Positions 9,684 to 18,619 of a stretch of 64,000 nt of DNA are shown here, piece after piece (the stretch's first letter is position 1; every line of letters starts with the position of its first letter). The position numbers and the translations under genes are program-made. The DNA is taken from assembly GCA_965207075.1 (NCBI GenBank), contig CBDBLO010000002.1, positions 480,001 through 544,000 of the forward strand, written 5' to 3'. The stretch is from Nitrosopumilus sp. GTDB taxonomy: Archaea > Thermoproteota > Nitrososphaeria > Nitrososphaerales > Nitrosopumilaceae. The notes below the pieces were generated by a model, which was given only the letters and a program-made list of their open reading frames with translations, had not been told where the DNA came from and did not search any database.

Positions 9684-9891
9684 GACCTCTGGTTCTCTCT
9701 TTTATTATGTGTCGCCTAGCGTACGCTGTACCTGATTATCATGGCTGCCGTGGCGGTGCGATCGCCCCGATCGATCCTTGTTCGCGTCCTCCCCTCTCAC
9801 TCCCCTGGCACCTGCGCCTGGCCGGACCGTGCGGTTCGGCCGGCAGCAAAGAACAGAAATGTATATAACATACACATAGTTCAGATTCTTT

Positions 9892-10161
9892 ATGGAACCA
9901 ATAGTAGGAATCTTCCTAAGCATCCTATCCTCTATCTCAGGACAGCTAGGACCAAACTATGATCCGCTATTCTTTGATGTAATGATTTACATCTTCGGGA
10001 CCATGATGTTCACAATATTCCTCCTTGGAATCATTGCATTCTGGTTGCGTGTTCACGGATGGGCCTACAAGGACAACCGTGAGAAATGGGTCGACGAGCT
10101 GGACAGGCACTTTGAGCGTGAAGGTATAGGTCTGATTCCAGACAACGGCAAGTACTGGTAA
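9892..10161 (+). CDS. amoY: AMO-associated small membrane protein, probably AmoY
   Basis: 89 aa with a hydrophobic TM helix and a WVDELDRHFEREGIGLIP tail. GC is low, as in the amo genes, and there is a TATA (GTATATAA at about 9861). Named by synteny. Confidence 0.55.
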   Translation: MEPIVGIFLSILSSISGQLGPNYDPLFFDVMIYIFGTMMFTIFLLGIIAFWLRVHGWAYKDNREKWVDELDRHFEREGIGLIPDNGKYW

Positions 10162-10312
10162 GTGCCTGCCTTTCCATATTTTATGATTATTTTTAGTCCT
10201 TTGTTGTCTTTCTGCCTTGGTGCATGTTGCCGCCCCACCGCCGTCGGAAGCACTGTGCCAGTCCTGCCTCTGCCTGCAGGTGCGCCGTGACCGGTGCCAG
10301 TCCTGCCGCGCG

Positions 10313-10834
10313 CTAGTTTCCCGGCGGTAAAAAGTCCGAGTCCTTTGACGTGTCGTAGTCCTTTGACGTAAACACGGCCTTGTAGTGGGCCCCATCGGTA
10401 AACGGGTGGTTTGTAAAGTGCGGTGACGGCTGGTCGTCAACAAATATCATTGACTTGTCCTGTACCATGTCTCTGAGCGGAAAGTCCCACATCCACAAAA
10501 AGTGGCCGATCTCAAACGGGTATTCCTCCTCCCACTCTGCATATATCGTTCCGTCGTCGGACAGCGTATACATTGTTCTCTGACATTCGTCGGTATTCCC
10601 GATGTTGGCAGGAATCTCCGCCTCTATCCCGTCCACTATCAGCTCGAGCGTGGCGGTGATCGTGTAGGGCGTCACGCGGTCGTTGATGCAGGCCTTGAGC
10701 GGGTTGTCCGCGTTGACCACATACTGTATGGAGGCGCTGGCGGCCGCCACCGATATACCGATTATGGCCGTAATTATCAGAAAGCGTATCGTCTTTTTGC
10801 GCTTGTACGGATCACTGGTGCCGGGCCAGATCAT
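10313..10834 (-). CDS. Conserved AOA membrane-anchored hypothetical protein in the amo neighbourhood
   Basis: N-terminal TM followed by a two-Cys external domain (IPANIG...C...T...DGTIY.E...F.IGHFL..W). Start placed at ATG 10834. Confidence 0.75.
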   Translation of the reverse strand: MIWPGTSDPYKRKKTIRFLIITAIIGISVAAASASIQYVVNADNPLKACINDRVTPYTITATLELIVDGIEAEIPANIGNTDECQRTMYTLSDDGTIYAEWEEEYPFEIGHFLWMWDFPLRDMVQDKSMIFVDDQPSPHFTNHPFTDGAHYKAVFTSKDYDTSKDSDFLPPGN

Positions 10835-11110
10835 GATTGATCGCCACCGCCGGTTGATAAATCCCTTTCCATAAACGCCCGGTATGCCGTGGCGCAACAG
10901 TACGTTCCGCTCCCCCCTCCCTCTCTTCCGAACCAGCCTCTGCCTGTCCGTCCTGTCGGGTGCCAGGCCCATAGTTCATGCGCGTTGCGCATGAGGGAGC
11001 GCGCGGCTCCGCCGTGCCCCCCCGGCGCCGCTTCAAGGATGCCGCATCTGCTGCGCGGCCTGCCTGCAGCGGCGACCAGGCGTTTGCCATCACCACCGCA
11101 CCCACCACCG

Positions 11111-11470
11111 TCACTTGACGCCGCTGTAGTCAACCTCTATCGTGTCAAGCTCGTCTTGGTGGTCGGCCAGATAGTACGTGATCGCGTCCGAGTCGATCTC
11201 AAGCCACTCCGACTTGCCGCCGTACGTAAGCCAGTCTTCCACGTAGAGTCCGCGCGGCCCCGACACCCTGACCAACATTCTTGCCGGCCCGCCGCCACCG
11301 AATCCCGGCAGATGGAAGGGAAGTCTCAGCACCTTGTCCCTCCTCTGGCCCTGGATGTTTGCCCTGTATGCGTCTGAACGGAATTCTACCGTTCCTGTAA
11401 AATAGCTCTGCGCAATGTCCAGCCTGATTATCTTAAAGTTCAGCAACGCGCGCGCATGCAGCCTCCTCAA
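11111..11470 (-). CDS. Hypothetical protein downstream of amoB
   Basis: Protein-like ORF (FKIIRLDIAQSYFTG...EWLEIDSDAITYYLADHQDE). The start is uncertain. Confidence 0.7.
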   Translation of the reverse strand: MRRLHARALLNFKIIRLDIAQSYFTGTVEFRSDAYRANIQGQRRDKVLRLPFHLPGFGGGGPARMLVRVSGPRGLYVEDWLTYGGKSEWLEIDSDAITYYLADHQDELDTIEVDYSGVK

Positions 11471-11530
11471 GATAAACGTGCGGAACCGACGGCTCTGGGA
11501 TAAAATGAAAGGAAAAAGGGATTTGGGTTT

Positions 11531-12100
11531 TTAGATCACTTGCCAGGGTCTCGTGGCAAACGTAATCACATACCCGACGCCTATAATGATAGACTGGTAT
11601 GCGATGTTCACGTATGGAATCGGCTTGAGTATGTTGTCGCCTTCCACGACCACTGTCTGGCCCGGACCAAGTCCTGGCCCGACGCTGGCCACGTTGAGCT
11701 GCGTGTGTACGTGGTACACTCCGGCCTCAAGCGCCTTTGCAGACAGCGTATAGTCTATCTGGCTGTTTCCAGGAATGTCAAAGACGTTGCCCGGGGGATC
11801 CCTAGCTAGCATCTCCCATCTGTTGCCGGCGTTCGTGGACTCTGAGAAGATGGACAGCCATCCTCTGAGGTCTCTCTCCACGAGACTGACCAGCGTTCCT
11901 GTCAATGTGAGGGTCTCGCCAGTCTGTAGAGACTGCCTGTTGAACGTCTCATCCTCGATTCTGATGAACCGGCTCTGGAGCTGTGCCTGGACGCCGTGCG
12001 CCTCTGCGGTAGGAATGACGGCCTCGACCCAGTCGAAGCCAAGTGTTCCCAGCGCAAGCACTGCGGCCAGTCCTAATACGAAAATCTTCTTTTCGAACAT
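11531..12100 (-). CDS. amoB: Ammonia monooxygenase subunit B
   Basis: AEAHGVQAQLQSRF N-terminal His motif, YHVHTQLN and TFATRPWQVI. 189 aa from ATG 12100. Confidence 0.98.
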   Translation of the reverse strand: MFEKKIFVLGLAAVLALGTLGFDWVEAVIPTAEAHGVQAQLQSRFIRIEDETFNRQSLQTGETLTLTGTLVSLVERDLRGWLSIFSESTNAGNRWEMLARDPPGNVFDIPGNSQIDYTLSAKALEAGVYHVHTQLNVASVGPGLGPGQTVVVEGDNILKPIPYVNIAYQSIIIGVGYVITFATRPWQVI

Positions 12101-12456
12101 AGTATCCCTTGCTATATGGGGGAATAGCATACCGTTATATGTTTTTCCTGAGGCTTGTGCCTAGCGAGGGGCGTCTGCCAGCCCCTCATGCCGCCCGGCG
12201 TCCTTCCGTATCCGATCTTACGTGTGCGCCGGGAACTGGTTTGCGGCGGGGATGCCGGTTCCTGCCGCGTCCCGGCCGGAGTATGGGCGTCTGCAGGCGG
12301 GCCAGGCGGCATTGGCGCGCCTGACGGCAGTGTATTCCGGGATGCAGGTGCGCACGCATGGTCCAGGTCCTGCCGGCAAGCAGGCCGGGCACAAGATGCG
12401 AGGGCGGGAATCTGATTGGCGTCAAATACTGCTGGACTGCGGCAGCAACGCCACGC

Positions 12457-14313
12457 CTACGTCTTGGATATGTCGCGAGGAAAGAACAGGTCCACCAGCC
12501 AGTCGAACCCGACGCGCACCTTCTTCTCGGTGGTTGGCAGCATTGAGAGGTAGTAGTGCTTCCATACAAACCACGCCGCAAGCCCGTGCATTCTCACTCC
12601 CTTCATCAGGGCCACGCCCTCCATGTTCCCTATCTTGGCCACGAACCCGTCCGCGTCGTATGTAAATTTGTCCTGCTTCTCTATGCCGCGTATCCTGTTT
12701 GCAAGGTTGTTGGCGACAACTTTTGCCTCCTGCGCTGCGTGCTGGGCTGTAGGCGGGTACGGCGTCCCGTCGCGCGGATCCGTGATGAATGCGCAGTCGC
12801 CCAGCGCAAAGATGTCCGGGTTGTTCTTCAGGCTCAGGTTCGAGTTTACAACGACGCGCCCGGACTTGTGGTGTTCGGTGTCCAGATTCGCCACGATCTC
12901 GTCCACCATGCCGCCGGCCGCCCAGATGAGTGTCTCGGTTTCTATGACGGTCCCGTCGTTGAGGGTCGCCACGCCGCCGGAGTATTCGGTCAGCCTTACG
13001 TTGATGTGTATCGTAACGCCCGCCTTTGTGAGCGCCGACATGGCGTGCGCGCTCAGGGCGCTCACCTCCGGAAGTACGACGCTTGACGATACCAGGATCA
13101 CCCTTATTGACGACATAGGTATGTTGTGGTAGTACTTTCTGACCGAGTCGCGCACAAACGAGTTCAGCTCGCCCACCGTCTCCACGCCGGAAAAACCCCC
13201 TCCCACGACCACGAAGGTCATCAGCCTGGCCTTGGCGGCCGGGTCCTGCTCCAGATCGGCGCCCTCGAGCGCCCCGATTGCATGGTTTCTGATCTTGATG
13301 GCGTCTTCTAGTTTTCTGATCTTGAGCGCATTGCGCTTGACGCTCTCGTTTCCAAAAAAGTTGGCCTTCATTCCAGACGCTATGACCAGATAGTCGTACG
13401 GCAGCACGCTAGTACTATCCGACTCGGTCCGGCGTATGGTCACCTGCCTCTCCTTGAGGTCTATTGCGGTTACGCGGGCCTGGTAGAATCGAGCCCTATG
13501 GCAGAACTTCCTGATGGGCGTCGCGATATGCCTCGGTTCTATGGAGCCCGTGGCCATCTCCGGCAGCATTGGCGTGTGCAAGAAAAAGTTTGACTCGTTT
13601 ACGAGGCCTATGCTCACGTCGACGTCGTCGTGGAACTTTTTTTGCAGGCGGTTCAGTACCCCGACGCCGGCGTACCCCCCGCCCAGTATCAGCACGCGCC
13701 TCATTGACTGCGAGCCCTTCCCGTGCACGTGCGCTATGTGGGCCTTTCGTGTTGCGCTGTTGAAGAACTCCACATCGCACTCGCGGCATATGTAATTGGC
13801 GCCAAACCTGCGCGTTAGGAAGGAGGTCACGGATCCCATTATCAGGCCCCATAGCAGGTGTATGCCCAACGATTCGAGTATGACTGTGGTAAAGTCCAAC
13901 TGTTCCGCGTGCGCGTCGGTGGCAAGCGACGGGGACATTATCAGGTATATCATGGGCATTGCAAATATGATGAATGCCATGCCGCCTGCGAGCAGCCCGA
14001 AGATCAGGCCCATTGAAGGGCGCGAGATGTCCATCTTGAGCGCGCGGTGCAGTATAACGCCTGTCACGACCCCTATGATGGTGGACACAAAGATGTGCAG
14101 CAGGAATCCCGCCCCGTCGTCGTGCCCGTCCGACTCTCCGGCCGGCAGCACCTGCGACAATATCTCGTGCGACAGTTCCTCAAAGGAGCTGTAGAAGATG
14201 GCGGGTACGTGCATGGCCAGCGCGCCCGCAATCGAGCCGAGTATCACAAACGTGACCTCCTTCCGCAATAGGAAGTTTACCTTGCAGTCGACCTCCTCAA
14301 CGCTATCGCTCAA
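12457..14313 (-). CDS. Type II NADH:quinone oxidoreductase (NDH-2) with an N-terminal 4-TM domain and a C2H2 zinc finger
   Basis: GGGYAG and GGGFSGVE Rossmann motifs, ALGDC, quinone-site motif AQHAAQ and C-terminal amphipathic helices. The N-terminal hydrophobic helices are followed by CRECDVEFFNSATRKAHIAHVH. Confidence 0.88.
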   Translation of the reverse strand: MSDSVEEVDCKVNFLLRKEVTFVILGSIAGALAMHVPAIFYSSFEELSHEILSQVLPAGESDGHDDGAGFLLHIFVSTIIGVVTGVILHRALKMDISRPSMGLIFGLLAGGMAFIIFAMPMIYLIMSPSLATDAHAEQLDFTTVILESLGIHLLWGLIMGSVTSFLTRRFGANYICRECDVEFFNSATRKAHIAHVHGKGSQSMRRVLILGGGYAGVGVLNRLQKKFHDDVDVSIGLVNESNFFLHTPMLPEMATGSIEPRHIATPIRKFCHRARFYQARVTAIDLKERQVTIRRTESDSTSVLPYDYLVIASGMKANFFGNESVKRNALKIRKLEDAIKIRNHAIGALEGADLEQDPAAKARLMTFVVVGGGFSGVETVGELNSFVRDSVRKYYHNIPMSSIRVILVSSSVVLPEVSALSAHAMSALTKAGVTIHINVRLTEYSGGVATLNDGTVIETETLIWAAGGMVDEIVANLDTEHHKSGRVVVNSNLSLKNNPDIFALGDCAFITDPRDGTPYPPTAQHAAQEAKVVANNLANRIRGIEKQDKFTYDADGFVAKIGNMEGVALMKGVRMHGLAAWFVWKHYYLSMLPTTEKKVRVGFDWLVDLFFPRDISKT

Positions 14314-15039
14314 CTCAACCTACAGCCTCCGTTATCGCGGTGATTATATTTCCTTGTCGTACTGCCGTTTGGGCGGCTAGTTCCAAAACAAGCTCCCCCA
14401 CTGGGTCGGGCCGTTTGGAGCTGCTGTTGCCGTTGATGTCACTCTCAGCGTCATTGCCGCGTAAAATATAGCGCCGTTTGATATAACCATAGCGACGACT
14501 GTTCATTGCGGCACGGGGCATCTCTCAGTGCATAGTCATGGTGTGCCGTCTTGCGTGCCAGACGCCTGCAGGCCCAAACGTCCGTCTGTTGGCTCGGGGG
14601 CGATCCGGGCCGAGGGTTTGGAAACAAAAGTGACGTCGCGCTACGGCATATGCCTGCAACAGACACGCGTGCGAGTCTCCGACTCTGACCGGTTTTGTCG
14701 TTTGAATCTGCAGCGGGTGTCTGGCATGTCCCCGCATATGCTTGGACCGGTTGCGCCGCCCGTCGTTGGATCTGCCGCCGCTGCCGGCAAACCTTGGCTG
14801 CAGTCACCTCCCCCTCTTCCCCCGTTACTGGATGCGATCCCCCACGACTAACGTGCCGCGTACGCCCCGGCAGGATTCACGGCGCGGCTCAGGCTGCCCC
14901 GGGCCCGTGCCTGAAGGCGGAGCGCTTGCGGTGTCCAATGATTAACATTGATGATTAACATCAAACTTGGTGGTTGTTTGTAATGTTGTATTGCATATTT
15001 TATGGTATAAAATACTAAAAATTTCATACCTTGTTTGCA

Positions 15040-15105
15040 AAAATGTAAGTCTTACACTATTCCTCGTGCAATTGCATTCCTGTACTTTATATGTAAGATA
15101 CAGGT
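15040..15105 (+). promoter_or_regulatory. amoC promoter with palindromic upstream elements
   Basis: TTTATATG at 15086-15093, with palindromes TGTAAG-T-CTTACA (15043-15055) and TGCAATTGCA (15067-15076), inside an AT-rich island. Confidence 0.55.
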
Positions 15106-15115
15106 GATAACACAC

Positions 15116-15679
15116 ATGGCACAAATGCCAGCACTAATCCCAAAGGAAGTCGAGATCCAGAGACTCAAGAAGATCTGGCTGATCGTCATTGCGATGGGAT
15201 CAACTGCAGCATCCGTCGAGGTGGACAACTTTGTTGACGGTTCACTCCACCAGACATCCATCAGGGACAGCGCGTTTACGCCTGCGCACTGGTGGCTGTA
15301 TTCGCACTTTGTTGCACTCCCACTAGGCTGGGGTGCGGCCGCGATATATGACCGAAAGGTTCCGGTTCTCAGAGGCCCCAACAACTCTATGAACACGGGT
15401 CTGAAGATGACCATTCTTGGCTATCTGGCGACCATGTTCACGATTGGAGTCAACGAGATGTGGCACTTTTGGTTTGTAGAGGAGATCTTTGCCGTGCCGA
15501 ACCACTGGATGTTCAATATGGGCGTCGTAGTGGCGTTCATGGGCGCACTGGCCTACGTGGTCAGGGTGTACGCTCGGTTGGTAGAACTGGGCGCCGAGAC
15601 TCCTGGAGAGAACCCGTATGTTGCAGAGATGTACAAGATGGCCCTAGAGGGCAAGCTGTACAGCAGATCAATCCCGTAG
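15116..15679 (+). CDS. amoC: Ammonia monooxygenase subunit C
   Basis: MAQMPALIPKEVEIQRLKK, DGSLHQTSIRDSAFTPAH and NEMWHFWFVEEIFAVPNHW. An alternative start is GTG 15104. Confidence 0.98.
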   Translation: MAQMPALIPKEVEIQRLKKIWLIVIAMGSTAASVEVDNFVDGSLHQTSIRDSAFTPAHWWLYSHFVALPLGWGAAAIYDRKVPVLRGPNNSMNTGLKMTILGYLATMFTIGVNEMWHFWFVEEIFAVPNHWMFNMGVVVAFMGALAYVVRVYARLVELGAETPGENPYVAEMYKMALEGKLYSRSIP

Positions 15680-15680
15680 G

Positions 15681-15709
15681 GTGTGGGTCTTTTTCACACT
15701 CTTCTTTTC
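15681..15709 (+). terminator. Putative amoC terminator
   Basis: GTGTG...CACAC short hairpin with T-rich tracts directly after the stop codon. Confidence 0.5.
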
Positions 15710-16047
15710 GGCTCGTGCGTGGGAGGCCCTGCGCAACACCGTACGCCGGCATAGGCAGGGATTGCTACTGCGGGGCCGGACGCGTACCCTTTGCCTACCG
15801 TTCTCCTTGACGCGATCGCCGCATGCCCTGCTCTTGCCTGTTGCGATCAGAGACGTGCGTTCGACACCGCGGTTTGCCGGCTGTGTGCTTGGGGGTGTCG
15901 TTTCCCGTGCCTGCCTGACGCCCGGTACGCTTGGCCCGCCTGATGCGTCTTGGAAGCGGTAGCCAGTTGACTCTGCTTATATGTCCCTGCTGCCGCCTTG
16001 GCAACCCCTAAGAAAGATTTAAAACTATTACAGCATACACACCTACA

Positions 16048-16413
16048 ATGACTCTTCCAAAAGGGTTTGGTTCTGGCGGTGCCGGAGGTTCCTCTAGCGC
16101 CGACGTAGAACGTATGATTGGAAGGCGCGTTGAGAACATGACCGGTCTGATTACCATATCGTTCTGGGCAGCATGGTTGGCAACATTTGGAGGTACGGCA
16201 GCAGGATACTATTACTATCCGTGGGCATACCCGACCCCGAGTGGACACTTTGCATTCATCGTACTTACCATCATCGAAGCAATAGGCTACATCTTCTGCG
16301 TAAAGGTCATGGAAGAAGGCTCAAACAAGAACAGCAACGGCATTGTGGCCGGCAGCGTTGCCGCTGTAGCGGCAGGCACAATCGCAATCTCGCTGTTCGT
16401 TGAGGGCGCTTGA
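16048..16413 (+). CDS. amoX: Ammonia monooxygenase subunit X
   Basis: MTLPKGFG...ERMIGRRVEN...YPWAYPTPSGHFAFIVLTIIEAIGY, lying between amoC and amoA. TATA (TTTAAAA) at about 16018. Confidence 0.92.
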   Translation: MTLPKGFGSGGAGGSSSADVERMIGRRVENMTGLITISFWAAWLATFGGTAAGYYYYPWAYPTPSGHFAFIVLTIIEAIGYIFCVKVMEEGSNKNSNGIVAGSVAAVAAGTIAISLFVEGA

Positions 16414-16564
16414 TTGCAAGAAGGGTTAACCTTCAACCTTTTTCATTTTCTCTTGTTTTGGGTGCTGCGTCACCGTTCTCCCCTTGGGCACGGGCAGGAC
16501 ATGCCTCATGAAACTGCCATTGCGCTTTGATGCGAGGCATGCCTGGAACCATGTGGCCGGCAGA

Positions 16565-17650
16565 GTTGTTGTGCAAAAAGTAGGCCCCCGTAGGATCGGG
16601 CGTACAAGTCAGCTACTAACGGACCGGTCATCAAAGACCGCCCAAAGAGACTGCCGGGTAAGTCACGCCAGCATTTGGACTGGGATCGGGAAGCGGGTCC
16701 CCGCTTCCGGGGCAGCAAAGGATCTTGGAACTTCCACCATGCGCGTGCAGGAGCTGGGCAATACTCCGTACGACTCGGATTATGCGTGCCGATGGGCAGT
16801 TCGCGCTCCTATATGCGAGGGCAGGATAGGCGGTAACCGCACCTGTCAGAGACGGCCGGTCTTGGCCATACTCGCCGCAGGAAGGTTGAGGAGGAGGAGG
16901 AGAAGAAGAAGGAATCGCGATATTAGTTACACCGCGGCATACTGTGTTGAAGAAGGGCGGCGCCGCGGATCCCCCTGCAGCAGGGTCGGAGGTGCAGGCG
17001 GGCGCGTCACTGGCGTGCACCTCGGCACCATGTGACGTGTGGACTGGCACACCACGAAGGATCCGCGCTTTTCAAGCAGAGCCTCGTTACATGCATGGAC
17101 GATGCCCCTGTGCGCGCCACGTATGTGACGCTCCTGGAATCCGTGATGGCTCTCAGGCCTGCAGCTAAGAGGCTTGGCGCACCTGCGTCCGTGCTGTCTG
17201 ACGACGGGCCCTGCCCTGCGGGACAGAATGGCAGAAGAGGGGAAAGGGGGAGGAGGGGAAGGGGGCAGGTCCGTCGTCCTTGGGGGCCGCTTGGGGGCTA
17301 TGCCGCGCCTGGGGGCGGCTCTGGGAGGGACGCGAGGCGCGGCACCGTCCTTGGGGGCCGCTTGGGGGCTATGCCGCGCCGGCTGCTGCCCGGCCGTGCG
17401 GGCAACAGACGGGCGGCAAGCCGGTGCGGTTCCATCGCAGCCTGGAAGCGGAGATCCTCTGATGGCCTCGGGTGGTGCATGGATCTACGACGAGTCGGGG
17501 CTACGCTTCGCTGGATGTCGACGACTACGAGACGTCGCTGGTGCCACTCAGGCACAAGGAATGATCGGGGCGATCAGAAGCATCGATCCCAAGTGGGCGG
17601 GTGACACCTACGACCCTGGGGAAAAGAAGACCCATTTTTCATACAATGCC
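16565..17650 (+). mobile_element. Fossil (multiply frameshifted) IS481-family element, homologous to the intact IS at 61017-62054
   Basis: Fragments GKRVPASGAAKDLG, RRPV...NRDISY, DWHTTKDPRFS, GAPASVLSDDGPCPAGQNGR, LDVDDYET and GAIRSIDPKW align in order with the 61041-61973 transposase. Eroded TIRs are present at both ends. Confidence 0.9.
17275..17379 (+). repeat. Direct repeat of about 34 bp (CGTCCTTGGGGGCCGCTTGGGGGCTATGCCGCGCC) inside the fossil IS
   Basis: Copies start at about 17275 and about 17346. Confidence 0.85.
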
Positions 17651-17739
17651 CATGATCCTAGGCGGGCCGACTCTCTGTATGACTGGAGTGCGTTCCTGAT
17701 TCTAAAATTTTATATACCTATCCTTAATTCAATAAACCA

Positions 17740-18390
17740 ATGGTCTGGTTAAGACGATGTACACACTACTTGTTCATAGTAGTGGTTGCAGTTAACTCTA
17801 CGCTGCTGACGATTAATGCGGGAGATTACATCTTCTATACTGACTGGGCTTGGACATCGTATACGGTATTCTCAATATCGCAGACGCTGATGCTTGTAGT
17901 TGGTGCTACCTACTATCTTACCTTTACAGGCGTTCCAGGTACGGCCACGTATTACGCGTTAATCATGACCGTGTATACATGGGTCGCCAAGGGGGCATGG
18001 TTTGCGCTCGGCTACCCATACGACTTCATAGTGACGCCAGTCTGGTTGCCGTCGGCAATGTTGCTCGACTTGGTATACTGGGCGACGAAGAAGAACAAGC
18101 ACTCGCTGATACTGTTTGGCGGCGTACTGGTTGGAATGTCGTTACCGCTGTTTAACATGGTGAACCTGATAACGGTAGCCGATCCGCTGGAAACTGCATT
18201 CAAGTATCCGAGGCCGACATTACCGCCGTACATGACGCCAATAGAACCGCAGGTAGGCAAGTTCTACAATAGTCCGGTCGCGTTGGGCGCCGGTGCTGGC
18301 GCGGTGCTGGCGTGTACGTTTGCCGCGTTGGGCTGCAAGCTCAACACGTGGACGTACAGGTGGATGGCCGCTTGGTCAAAGTGGGACTAG
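17740..18390 (+). CDS. amoA: Ammonia monooxygenase subunit A
   Basis: MVWLRRCTHYLFIVVVAVNSTLLTINAGDYIFYTDW...NTWTYRWMAAWSKWD. TATA (TTTATATA) at about 17709. Confidence 0.99.
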   Translation: MVWLRRCTHYLFIVVVAVNSTLLTINAGDYIFYTDWAWTSYTVFSISQTLMLVVGATYYLTFTGVPGTATYYALIMTVYTWVAKGAWFALGYPYDFIVTPVWLPSAMLLDLVYWATKKNKHSLILFGGVLVGMSLPLFNMVNLITVADPLETAFKYPRPTLPPYMTPIEPQVGKFYNSPVALGAGAGAVLACTFAALGCKLNTWTYRWMAAWSKWD

Positions 18391-18619
18391 GAGAAATCCC
18401 ACCCCATTTTCATTTTCTCTATTTTTCTTGCTCAGTCGCGCCGTGCGTGCTCGGGCCGGTTGAAAATGCGCGCGCAAAGCGGGATCCGGGGTTATTCTGG
18501 CCGTGAGCCTGCTGTCGATTCGGGTATGAGTTTGAGTCGTGTGTGATTCGTTTTTTTTTACCAATAACTCAACCGTTTTATTTTCAATGTGTAATTACCA
18601 GTGTCCTGATGGCCCGTTG

